Positions 14,073 to 24,924 of a stretch of DNA of 64,000 nt are shown piece after piece. Each line of letters starts with the position of its first letter. Positions within the stretch are counted from its first letter, which is position 1. The notes under the pieces are model-generated. The model worked only from the letters and a program-made list of their open reading frames with translations, did not search any database and had not been told where the DNA came from. The position numbers and the translations under genes are program-made. The DNA comes from Gnetum montanum (lineage: Eukaryota; Plantae; Gnetophyta), in contig MNCI01001451.1 in assembly GCA_015680685.1 (NCBI GenBank), positions 112,814-176,813 on the forward strand, read 5' to 3'.

Positions 14073-14681
14073 TGATGGATGGAGAAACCTCTCATGTGAA
14101 AAAAAAATCAGAAGAGGCATGACATGTGGTGCCTTATAGGATTCGAGAGCAAATTCCTATGGGAGTTGGCCTCAAATACGGGAGGAAGGTGCCTGGAGCC
14201 ATTCAAAGTGGTCTATAGGTGATGGGGTTTAAGATTCAAAGAGTGTTGAACTTAAGACCCCTAGATCTTTGGATCAAATGAGTCAGGGGATGCCCTGGAA
14301 CTCTTGGATCCCTAGGTCGGTGCATTCTATCATGTTGCAATGATAGACCACTTGATGTCCTCCCATAGCTTGGCATATTAGGCTAGGTATGGAAGGATGG
14401 ATAGTCCAAGTCTTGAGGAGTGATGCTCTTGACTTGGGTGTCAGATGCTAGGATGAGTCCAGATCCTAGGAAGATGGTTGAGTTCAACGAAAAATGCTTT
14501 ACAGCCTTAGGCCCTAGTTGTTGGACCTTCTAGAACCAAAGATCCCTTCAAATTTGACTTAGAATAGCATGGGCATACTTCCCCAGAATTGACGGAATTC
14601 TCCCTTGGTTTTGATGTAGCAACCTCGTGGGCTATCCAGACCATGCTCCAAGGTCATCGCTCATTTTAATCAGGGGAGAAT

Positions 14682-15246
14682 TGTGAGAGAGGTAGCAAGG
14701 TTGCTGGTAGCCTGCTACCTCCCCCATGGTTCAGGGGCGGTGGGGGCATAAGGGGTCCTCCACTCCTTGTGTCTTCAGAACCATACTGGCATGGCAGTTC
14801 CATATATTGGTAAGAGGAGGCTACGACCTACCTCATTACCCCACTCGGTAGGACCTTACCTGGGAGGGTTGCGTAGTTCAACTCTACATTGGGGTGTTTT
14901 TACTAGGTGTGTTATGGGACATGCTATGGGATGTTGCGTTCGCTCCTTGGAGCACGACACTAACTACCAGCATGTGGTGATGAATTTGGAGGGTTCAGCT
15001 AGTAGTCCCTGTGGTGTCCACGTGAGTGGAGCAAGGGAGTGCTATCTAGCTTGTTAGTGTATCGTGAATATTGTTTATGAAACATTGCTTAGGAGACATG
15101 CTAACGCTAACACATTGTTTTTTTGGCATGTGTTTCAGGCTTGTTGATTGCTGAGGCGTATTCCTCTTGAGTTTTGTCCCGATTCAGAATTTGCTTGGGA
15201 AACTCTTGGGGTGCCGAACAACGTGCTCAGGGACAACATTGTTACA
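14682..15246 (+). repeat. 3' LTR of the Galadriel-like element
   Basis: Preceded by PPT AGGGGAGAA (14672-14680); TG...CA ends; followed by TSD TCCTC. Confidence 0.95.
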
Positions 15247-17865
15247 TCCTCTCCTTCTTTTTGGCCTAGTAAGAACAAGGGGTTTGTAAACTATTTTCAC
15301 TTTGATGCCTCATAACACATCTCCTATTTCTGGTCTTGCATTGTACCTCAATGGGATGATAACTCTAATAGTCATGGTCCTACACAATGTATTCGGCATT
15401 AAGTCCTTGGATGCCCAATCTCATCAGAGTTCAGAGCAACATTGCAAGAATGGATTGATTGGGTGGCAACACAATGTTGTCCTCAATGTTCCTCCATCAT
15501 AGCTATTCATCCTAATGCAAGATGAAGGTGAAGTTTGACACATACTCATCAAGATGAGTATATGCCACTTTGCGTTGTTGGGGCATTGGTGGTTTTGACC
15601 CTTCGTGCCTTTGTTTATTGAATGTATGGTTGAACAATAGTGGAGATTCAGTCCTATGAGAAGAAGACATTTTAGTTGGAAAGAAAAATAGTGTGCTTTT
15701 ATTTTTAATGATTATTTTTAATGATTATTTTTAATGATTATTTTACTAATCCTAGATAGTGCACATAGCTAACTAAAGTTCCTGAAAACAATGCCAATGA
15801 TGAGTAGTGAGTAGTCCCTATGTCCAAATATATGAATCACTTGCATTCAATCAATGATTCAGTTGAATTCCATAGACTTTAGCTCTATAAGTACAATAGG
15901 TCTAGGAAGTGAATCTAATGTACATGATCATTATCTTCTTAGTTTAACTTGTGAAGTGCAAGTGTATGATTAAGTGTAACTAAGGCATATGATTTTTATC
16001 ATTTTATATTTATTGCTTAAATCACCTACATGCTAGAAAATGAAGTAATTAAATGCTTGATTAATCTAAATACTAACTAATATACTAATTACTCCTAACA
16101 TAAGCATCCATTTCCATTTAATATACACATCCTAAACCATGTTACAATGTTATTGGATTATCAAACGTTAAGCACTACTGGGATTACCAAGTAGTAACGT
16201 TTGCTTGAAATGGTTGTAGTTATGCGTATTAATTAATATTAATTAATTCAATGCATTAAAGTAAATTGCTCAAATAATAAATGCATTAAGTAAACATTAA
16301 TCTAATTCCAAATTTTGTAAGGTTTGTGAAGAAAGCTTGTCTTTATTGCCAATCACACCGATGTGCTTAGGTACATTAGTGTTTGAATAAAGATCTTTAC
16401 ACTTATCACTTTTATTATAGGCACTTAGAAAATATTCTAACTATCAAATGGACAAAATGCAAGAGCTTCAGTAGGATACTAACTATGGAATGCCACAAAT
16501 GTGGATGGTGAGCCCATATTTATAAGCAAAGATAGACATTGCATTTACAGAATCATGTCAACACGTCAAACCATGCATCGACCTGACTATGGTAATAGGA
16601 TCACATCAACACAACTACGTTGATGGGATCATGTTGACAAGATTGCGTTCATGGGATCACATTGACGCAACCCAAGGAAGATGCTTCATGAATTAGTATG
16701 ATAGTGTCATTATCCCAAAATAGTAAGCTATATTTTTTCTAAAAAAAAATTGTATTTAAAGATCAAACATTAAACATTTAAATGAAAAATTAAAATATGC
16801 TTAAATGTTAATAAAAATTATTTGGTTTCATATTTCATGTACCAAACCTAATGAAAATCAAAGAAATAGAAATTCATGAAACAAGTTGGAAAGTTATTTT
16901 GTAAAGGAAATTATTTGTAGACAATGGCATTTAAGAGCAAAATGACATTAGTTGTTTTACATAGCAACTGATATATGAAGATGCATGGGGAATGATATCC
17001 ACGTTACTTTGCTTCAAATATTTCACCTTGACTCTCCTTTCATTCTAACTAAATACCAACATAGTTTTAAATTTTAAAATGTATATTTAGAATAAATCCA
17101 TCAAAATTGATCCAGCTAAGGATTATTAATATCTTTGTATGAAAAGAATTAACTGACAAGTGAATGTAATTTCCCTATTTATGATGTTCGAGTGTATTAT
17201 CATTTCTTAATAGTCATCATGAATATTGCAAATACAAAGTTTAAAATATACAGTATATTACAAGAAGCTTTTACAAACATTCATCCATTACAAGATCAAA
17301 GTTCAAAGCATGATAAGAAGTTGTTTAGCTAGGAAAAGGGAAAAAGAATAAGCAAGATAATGGATCAAACTTATTTTATCAGAAGCATACTAACATTGTA
17401 ATGAGGCATGAGCAAGGTATTATGTTTTGACAAGTTACAAAGTGGCTTTTTCCAAAGATAGTGTTGTCAAAGATGTTAAGTACCTGCAAGAATGATAGGT
17501 TGGAGATGTGGGAAGATAGGGAGTCATGCAATATGGTATTTTCCAATGATATCTCGACAACTTAGCTAGGATAAGGATGATTTTTGGTGAAGCATTTGAG
17601 TCTAGTCAAATTGCATGCATTTGGAGCACTAGCTTCATCCCAATTGCCAAGAAGTGGGATAGGATAGTTGCTACTCTAATACATCTTTTGAGTTTAATCA
17701 AAACTCTCACATCACTTAAAGCACCCTATGTATCCTCTACATTAACAAAAGTGATAAACAATGGATAAAATGAAAGAAGGATTGAAAGGCAGAGAAGAAA
17801 GGGTTTTGCATAATAAGATGTCATTGCTACAACTTGAAACTTAGAGTTATCTCACTGAAACTATT

Positions 17866-17995
17866 CTTTGAAACCATGGAGATAAGGTGCTTGTTGTTGA
17901 CTATATCTAAAGATGTTTACTACTGTGATGCTTTGAAACCATGGACATAAGGTGCCTACTATTGACTGTGTTAAAGATGTTTACTATTGTGATGC
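17866..17995. repeat. Two-copy 65-bp tandem repeat
   Basis: CTTTGAAACCATGGA.ATAAGGTGC...AAAGATGTTTACTA.TGTGATG at 17866 and 17931. Confidence 0.9.
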
Positions 17996-18036
17996 ATTAC
18001 TTGTATATGGTGAGGGTTACGTTGAGGATAGTGACA

Positions 18037-18166
18037 GAAAATCATAAATCAATCCACATTGGTTCAAATAGATGGTTAAGATGAACACATATAAGATTTG
18101 ATGCTCACCTAACACTATCAAATTTACCATCCATTTTGAACCCATGTGGATCAGTTTATGGTTTTC
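18037..18166. repeat. 130-bp foldback, MITE-like
   Basis: ~40-bp imperfect inverted arms: GAAAATCATAAATCAATCCACATTGGTTCAAATAGATGGT vs ACCATCCATTTTGAACCCATGTGGATCAGTTTATGGTTTTC; no clear TSD. Confidence 0.7.
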
Positions 18167-18980
18167 CTATATTGACTTATAAGTTTACAGAAGTTTCCTT
18201 TAGAAATTTGTAGCTTGGTTTGCATAAAGATAGTTACATAAAGGTCTACATGGTGAAGATAGAGTAAAGAGGCCCCTTTCCAAAAAATATTTTGTATTTA
18301 TGACATATTGGATAAGAAAGCTATGATGCAAAGTACAAAAAAGATAGACAAATAATTAACACATACAAAAATGATTAAACAATTATTGTCTTGCCTAAAT
18401 TCTAAAGAAAAAGTAACAAAAGTTAAGGTAGCATGTATGGTTCATTGAAAAGTAATTAAAAATAGTTCAAGGTAGAAAAAATAAAAAATGATTAAGAAAA
18501 GTCAATGTAGTAGGTATAGTTGGTTGAAAATTGATTTGATTATTGCTTTCACAATTTCAAGTCATTTCACTTAAATCTTTGTGCAAAAGAACAATAATGT
18601 TTGTTTCATTTTTCTCAAAAGAATAAAATAATATTTACCATTAATTTTCATGAAGGCTAAAGGTTTAAGGGAGAAAGAATTAAATTTATACTTTTTATGA
18701 TATTAAACAAAACTATTCCAACTTGGCAAGAAATACTAATGGGTGTGCAAGGACACACTCAGCCTTGTAATACACTTTCCCTTGGTGAATTATTTGCAAA
18801 TAGTTATTTCAAAGACACAAGAGGAATTTAGGAGGTGGGTAATGTTGGATGCAAAATCTCATCTCATAAGAAAGATATTTTTCAAAGTGATCACAATAGG
18901 AGATAGGTGGGTGAACCTGATTGTAGTGACCTGTTCAAAGCTGTAGTAAGTGGGTTACACTAACTATAGTGACTTGTAAG

Positions 18981-20823
18981 TGTTGATTCCAACATCGCCC
19001 ATGCTAGGCATAGGACCATGTTTAAATATGTTCATATACCAAATTTCCAACAAAGCTTTATGTATACACAAACACAAAAGAGTGTATTTCAAAAGGAGTA
19101 AAAGACATCAAATATTTTATCATTTATTTATTTGTTACACTGCTTCAGTCCAAGAAAACAAGTTGAGCTACATTCAAATAATTGCATGGCACCACTAGTC
19201 CCATTATCTGTACATAGGAAATACAAGTGAATTAGTTTAGGTGCTTCTAATGGTTGAGCTAGTATATGTGCAACAATTCTTTGCAGTATTGTTTCAAGTT
19301 CTAGGACATATGAAGACTATGAATAATCATGTATAGTAGCAATGTGGCAGTGGTGGAGAAAGTGGCAGGTGTTATAGGTGTGGACATGGACATTGTGGTA
19401 GCAAGACTTATGTAATGGCTACAGATGTAACTATAGGAGATATGGTAAACATGGGGAAGTGGTTGCATTGGTGGTGGAAGAAGTGGGGTAGTGATAGTGA
19501 CATGAATGGTAGACATGGACAAATAATAGCTTCAGTGCATGGAGTTGCTATAAAAGTGGTAGTGTGTAACAAAGGAAGAGGATAGAAGAGCCTCCCCTCT
19601 CCAGCCAAGAAAGGTGAGAAAATGATAGTTTCTCTTTCTTTCCTAGGGACGAACATTAGCAAAGCCAGCCTCTCTTAGCCAACATTTAGTAGCCTTCCCT
19701 CTCTTTGGTAGGGTGGTGATGGTTAACAATCGCATGAAAATGACATAATCTCTAAAGTCTCCCTCTCTTCCAGTTAGCTGCCACATAGCAACGTTGTAGG
19801 CTATCAATGATGTTAATGGTGGTGCATGGCTCTCCATAATGACATAGGTAAATGATGGGTTGCACGTAAATACTGGTACTATTCCATAGGCTCTCCTTAT
19901 AGCAATTAATGCTACATGTTAGAGATGCGTTAGTAGTCTAGCGTGCATGTGTAGTAGGCATGACATTGGAAAGTAGATGCAACACTTATGAATGGTGGTG
20001 CAAGCACATGATGGTGGCAATGTCAATAGCATGGTGCACACATTAGAGGCATCGACAGTAGCAGTATCTAGTGGATGGCATCAAAAGGGGCTTGCACACA
20101 TCAACAATGGTGGTAGGTATAGTACATCAATTATCAAGCTAGTGTGATGGTAGTAGTGCTTGTGGTAGTTAGAAGCGACATTAGAGTATGGAAAAATAGT
20201 AGCAGTAGCTCTAAACTCCATATTGCACATGACAGAAATAGTGTGTGAGAGGTATCCTTCTCAAAAGTAGTGGCCTAGGATTCTGTGCCAGTAGTCATAG
20301 ATAGCATGACAATAGTAGACATGTTAATTGTCTAGCCAGTAGTGGCAACAATAGCAAAAGAGAGGCAATGCATTCCTATAGTAGGCTTGACTTCTCTCTC
20401 CCTCTCCTAGGTGGAACATGGTAGGCATGTGAACAACACATGATAACCATGAACAATGATGGTTGATGGTGGAATAGATATCTCCCTCTCCCTCTCCTGA
20501 AAACTATGAGCAGTGTCAGCTATGGTAATGTTCGCAACAATAAGACATCATGGACCAGTGGTAGTAGTCAGGAACCAAGGAAAAGTTTAAATTTACTAGT
20601 TTCTTGTTGTATTTTCATGAAGCCTTGAAATTCAAGATAGTTATTCAATTTAAATTCTCCCATTTTTTAGTTTGATTTATTATTTTTTATGAACATCACA
20701 TAGCCCTCTCTAGCTAAGACTATTCTCAGGTTTTCATACCCATATGGAAGGCACCCTAGGCAATAGTCTCCTTAAATGAATTTTTTCCCAAGTGTTGGTG
20801 CACCCAAAATTTACACATCAATA
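18981..20823 (+). mobile_element. Solo LTR related to the Tat-like family at 51471-61289
   Basis: Start TGTTGATTCCAACATCGCCCATGCTA and end GTGCACCCAAAATTTACACATCAATA match both LTRs of 51471-61289; TSD GTAAG at 18976-18980 and 20824-20828. Confidence 0.9.
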
Positions 20824-22389
20824 GTAAGTTTAGGAGATGAATAGCTTGAAGCATGGTTTTAAGCTCTCAATAGTGTTTGTATTTAGCTTTAAACTTGATA
20901 CCTCATGGTGCACATTTGGTATGCAAGCTTGTATGCATGCATAATGACCATTTTCATACATGTATGTAGTAATCTTGTATAATTTGTTATGTTTTTTCAA
21001 AAATAAATGATATAAAGTAATCTAAAACTTCTTTTATCTTGTTTGATCCCATTAGTGGCTAGCAAGCATTCAAAATGTTAATCATAAATTTATTGTAAAC
21101 CTTTTCTACCCATCTTGATAGTTCAATGGTAATAATATTCTTTGAAAAGGAAAAGGTCATAAATTATTCAAAGCCAATAATTTTACTACCAATAATTTTG
21201 TGATGTCATTCATCTTTTATCATTTTTTGTTTCATTTTTCTTAAGTACTTTATATAATTTTTTATTGATGATATAATTTTTTATTTCTTTTTCATTTTTT
21301 AGTTTTTTATTTTGTTTGTTGGATTTTTATTTTATTTCATTTATATTTTCTTAGTTTATCATTTTGTTTTCATAGGTAAATAGTTTTATCCACTATGTAT
21401 AGGTTTTCTTTAATTTCATAATTTTAGATTTCATATGTATTTTGTTCATTTTTCATTTGATTTTATTCCATCAACTTTGGTTCCATTTTTTTAAATTTCA
21501 TTTTTATGTTGTTTATTTTTTCATTTCATCTACATATTAATTTACTTCAATTTTTTCCATTGTGGTATGTTAATTTTTCAAGATTTTCTTCTTTATTATT
21601 CCTTAATTGTTTTTGGTTTTTAACAAAGGTAGTTGTCTTGTTGTAACAAGCTTTATAGGGCTAAGACCCTTTGATGTATAGGACTAGTTTTAGAATTCAT
21701 TTTATATATATTTTTTAATTTATAACTTAATAAAAATTTTTATTTAATTGGAAAAAATTCAAAAACTTTATTCATGAATAGCTAAAAAAGGGTATAAAAC
21801 AAAATGTTGGATTGTAAACCCTCATGAATGTCTAGACTAAATGTTGGATTATGTTAATGAGAACTTAAGCAAAGTTTGTTTATAGCATTTTGATACTTGA
21901 TTAGAATAGTAGGTGAGAGATAGTGAGCTTCTACATCTAGCTTAAGAGATCGAATGTGGTGTAAATAAAACTGCCTATTGCCTTTCACATTATATCACAT
22001 TATTGCTTGACTGGTTGGGGAATATGTATAAGATTTTTCATCACATCCTCCCAAGAGATTCTATTTTTTTCAACCATTGCATCCCCTGAAAATATCAACC
22101 ACTATCTTGCAAATCCTAAAGAAGTGCTTTAGAGAATTTCTCTTACCTTGATATATGCTAGCATCAATCTTATAGCTACCCTAAGTTCTAATTAAACTAT
22201 GTATATTGAAGTTTTCTAATATTAAAATTATTTAAAGGTTCCAAGGTACTACACACTCTATTTATGTGTGTTTATATGTAATAGAAAATGTAATGTAAAA
22301 TAGATAAATGCATTTTCACTTACGGAATGTGCTAAAGTCTATATGGTTTACAGCATCCCTTCAAAGAAAGGATGTTTTAATAGAGTCTT

Positions 22390-23333
22390 GTGCTACAAAA
22401 TTAATTAAATTTGCAAATTGAAATAGAAAAGACAATAGAAAAACACATGTAAAAATTTATGTGAAAACCCCAAAATGGGAAAAAANTTACAAACTTTAGA
22501 TAATTTTAGAAACTACTAATCATATCTCAAGAAGAGATTACAAATTTGGAAGTTATGAAAGATATAACTTAAATTGATAAAAATAGAGGAGGAGTTTTCT
22601 TTACATTAATTGATAGTTTAATTTACACATTAATTTATAGTTAATAATTTTTCCACTTGAACAAAAATTTAATAATTCTTCAAATTAGAGATGCACTGGT
22701 TCCAAGCTACATTCTTATGTCTCCACTATTCTAAGTTGTTTTGTGTAAAAAACATGCACATCCCTTGCAACCACTTTAGTCAATGCATCAGCAACATTTT
22801 TCTTCATGCCGATTTCCTACAAATTAATTAAACCTTCTTTAATGGTATCTCTAATTAAGTGGTATTTAATATCAATATGTTTTATTCTGTCATGATAAGT
22901 TGAATTTCTTGTTAGATGTAAGGCACTTTGGTAATTTGATAACTGTTTTGCTTTACACCAAGAAACTGTAATAATTTTGCAACCATAACATCACCTTACA
23001 TGCTTCTTTCAATGCTACATAATTAGATTCCATAGTAGAAAAATTACTAGAGATTGAAGTTTTGACATCTAGCTTACTACAACACTACCTAAAACAAAAA
23101 CATAACATGTAGTTGAACGTCTAGTATCTAAATCAACTGCAAAATTTGCATCCACATAACCACATATATTCAAATCATTATTTCCAAAACATAAACATGT
23201 AGATTGAGTTTCCTTTTTAAGTATCTAAGAATCCATTTTACAACAAGTCAATGGTTCCAACCATAATTATTCATATATCTACTAACAACACTAACTGCAT
23301 ATGCTATATGTGGGTGAGTGCATACAATTTCTT
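22390..23333 (-). mobile_element. Ty1/copia fragment (RT C-terminus, RNaseH, PPT, probable 3' LTR), Tork/Tnt1-like
   Basis: Minus strand VCTHPHIAYAVSVVSRYM...VKWILRYL, YVDANFAVDLDTRRSTT, QSALHLTRNSTYHDRIKHIDIKYHLIRD; PPT-like CAAGTGGAAAAATT at ~22647-22660; LTR boundaries approximate. Confidence 0.85.
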
Positions 23334-23334
23334 G

Positions 23335-24060
23335 CATTACTGGCATCATCCCAAACCCATTACTTATGAAAGGGAGAGGATAGCTACTACCGCTACTGGT
23401 ACTAGTAATACATTTCTTGAGTTCAATCAATGCTCTTAAACCATTTAAAAGGCCCTATGTATGATTTGTGCCAACATGAATCATACCAATAAATGATAGA
23501 TACAATAGAAGAAGGATGAATAAAAACTAGAGAAGAGAGAGATGCCTCCTATAGAAGGGGACACCATTGCTACAACTTGAAATTTAGAATTGGTATTGGT
23601 ACGACTCTTGGATTTTGAAGGTACGCATGAATGGTTCCTTTGTAGCCTGCAGGTAAATATTGTGTAAAAAGAATTTTTGGGTTTCAATGAGTCTAACAAC
23701 CCCTCCAATATTTATTCACTAAGGGAAATGAGATGTATTACGGGGTTGAGTATGTCCTTCCACATTCATTAGTATTTTTTGGCAAGTTGGAATAGTTTTG
23801 ATTGATATCATACAAAGTATAAATTTAATGTTTTCTTGATCAAACTTTAGCCTTTAGCCTTTAACCTTCATGCAAATTAATGGTAAATATTATTTTTTTT
23901 TTAAAATAAGACAAGCATTATTGTGCTTTTGCACAAAGATTTAAGTGAAATGACCTAAAATTGTGAAAGTAATAATTGAGTCAATTTTCAACCAAAGATA
24001 CTTGCTACCTTGACTTTTCTTAGTCACTTTTCATTCCTATTACCTTAAGCTTTTCTTAAT
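23335..24060. repeat. Longer copy of the unclassified repeat seen at 17625-18795
   Basis: Direct and inverted matches described for 17625-18795. Confidence 0.75.
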
Positions 24061-24924
24061 ATTTGATTACAAAAGGTTTAAGTTTCATATGAAGGTTTGT
24101 AGTTTTGGGTTCAATCTTTACATTCTTTCATATCTCTTACAATGATTGTGTTCTTTTAGTGGGCTTTATTTTATATTTTGAAAAAAATATATAATCTTTA
24201 AAAAAGAATTTTCTAATTTTAAGTTAGTCTAGTCATAAAACTTTTGATTTAGAGATTTTAAGTTATGGGTTTAATTCTAGTAGGTATAAATTGGTATTGG
24301 AACCCAAAATAATTTGACTCTACATAGGAAGTATTAGATCCAAAAAATAATATTAATAATAAGCAAAACAAATTCAAAGTATATCACATGCTTAACATTG
24401 AGTAGAAAGCAGGATTAGTAAGTTGAAGATTTAGAGGTTCAATTAAGGATTTAGGATTTAGATGATGGTGACCAAAGTGTCACTATGGCTACAACTATGG
24501 CACTAGGTTCCAAGATGGGGTTGTTGATGTTCTCTTCAATAGACACAAGGATTTTATTCATAGAAGTTATCAAAGGTTTGTATTGAATGCAAGTTGAAAG
24601 GGCAAACCTATAGATAGGGATTGATTTTATGGCTATGAAAATGGAAGAGGATTTTAGGATTTTTATTTTTAACAAGATCCTCTCAAATCAAAACAACAAT
24701 TCATCTATGCATTTGTGGGCATCTTCTCTAATTGTGCTCCATTTTTCAAACATACAAGAATGATGATGAAAATTACCTATCTTAGGAAAATGCATTTTTC
24801 TTTAAATTTTGCTTAGAGATAAACATGCATGTAATAAAATTTTTTACCTACTCAAAGTGTAGGAAAACATGCCTTGTTGCTAGATCAAAAGCTATTTCCC
24901 TTTAAAATAGGGGCCAAAGGATTA

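Larger units (their letters stand above)
8421..15246 (+). mobile_element. Full-length Ty3/gypsy chromovirus, Galadriel-like, inactive
   Basis: LTRs 8421-8983 and 14682-15246 (22 mismatches in the first 220 bp by hand count, mostly transitions); TSD TCCTC at 8416-8420 and 15247-15251; PBS and PPT present; domain order gag-PR-RT-RH-INT-chromodomain. Confidence 0.95.
5815..16691 (-). mobile_element. Athila-like Ty3/gypsy element 1, 3'-truncated (5' LTR, PBS, gag, protease), split by the 8421-15246 insertion
   Basis: LTR ~15798-16691 (starts TGATGAGT; partly alignable with the 40623-41411 LTR; right end approximate). Decayed PBS at ~15779-15797. gag ATG at 15670, gag core LAMNNIPKFEWGYN (~7845-7880), protease TLLEFGSGVNLI (ORF 6129-6326). 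Colinear with the element at 31777-41411 down to ~5815. Confidence 0.8.
17625..18795. repeat. Fragments of an unclassified repeat also present at 23335-24060
   Basis: 17625-17850 matches 23335-23590 in direct orientation (e.g. CATTGCTACAACTTGAAA). 18455-18795 matches 23710-24060 inverted (e.g. TCATTTCACTTAAATCTTTGTGCAAAAG vs CTTTTGCACAAAGATTTAAGTGAAATGA). Confidence 0.8.

Noticed and set aside
8506-15057. Matching 96-aa ORFs at 8506-8796 and 14767-15057
   Set aside because: They are the same position in the two LTRs, have non-ATG starts and differ by about 16 amino acids, consistent with neutral drift rather than a gene.
17390-17483. Possible isolated minus-strand exon (TTGCAG...GTATGC)
   Set aside because: Translation unrecognisable, no partner exons identified, adjacent to repeat DNA.
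18455-24060. Mutator-like element defined by ~340-bp inverted repeats
   Set aside because: No TSD or sharp outer termini found, no transposase, and the right arm is part of a longer repeat also present in direct orientation.
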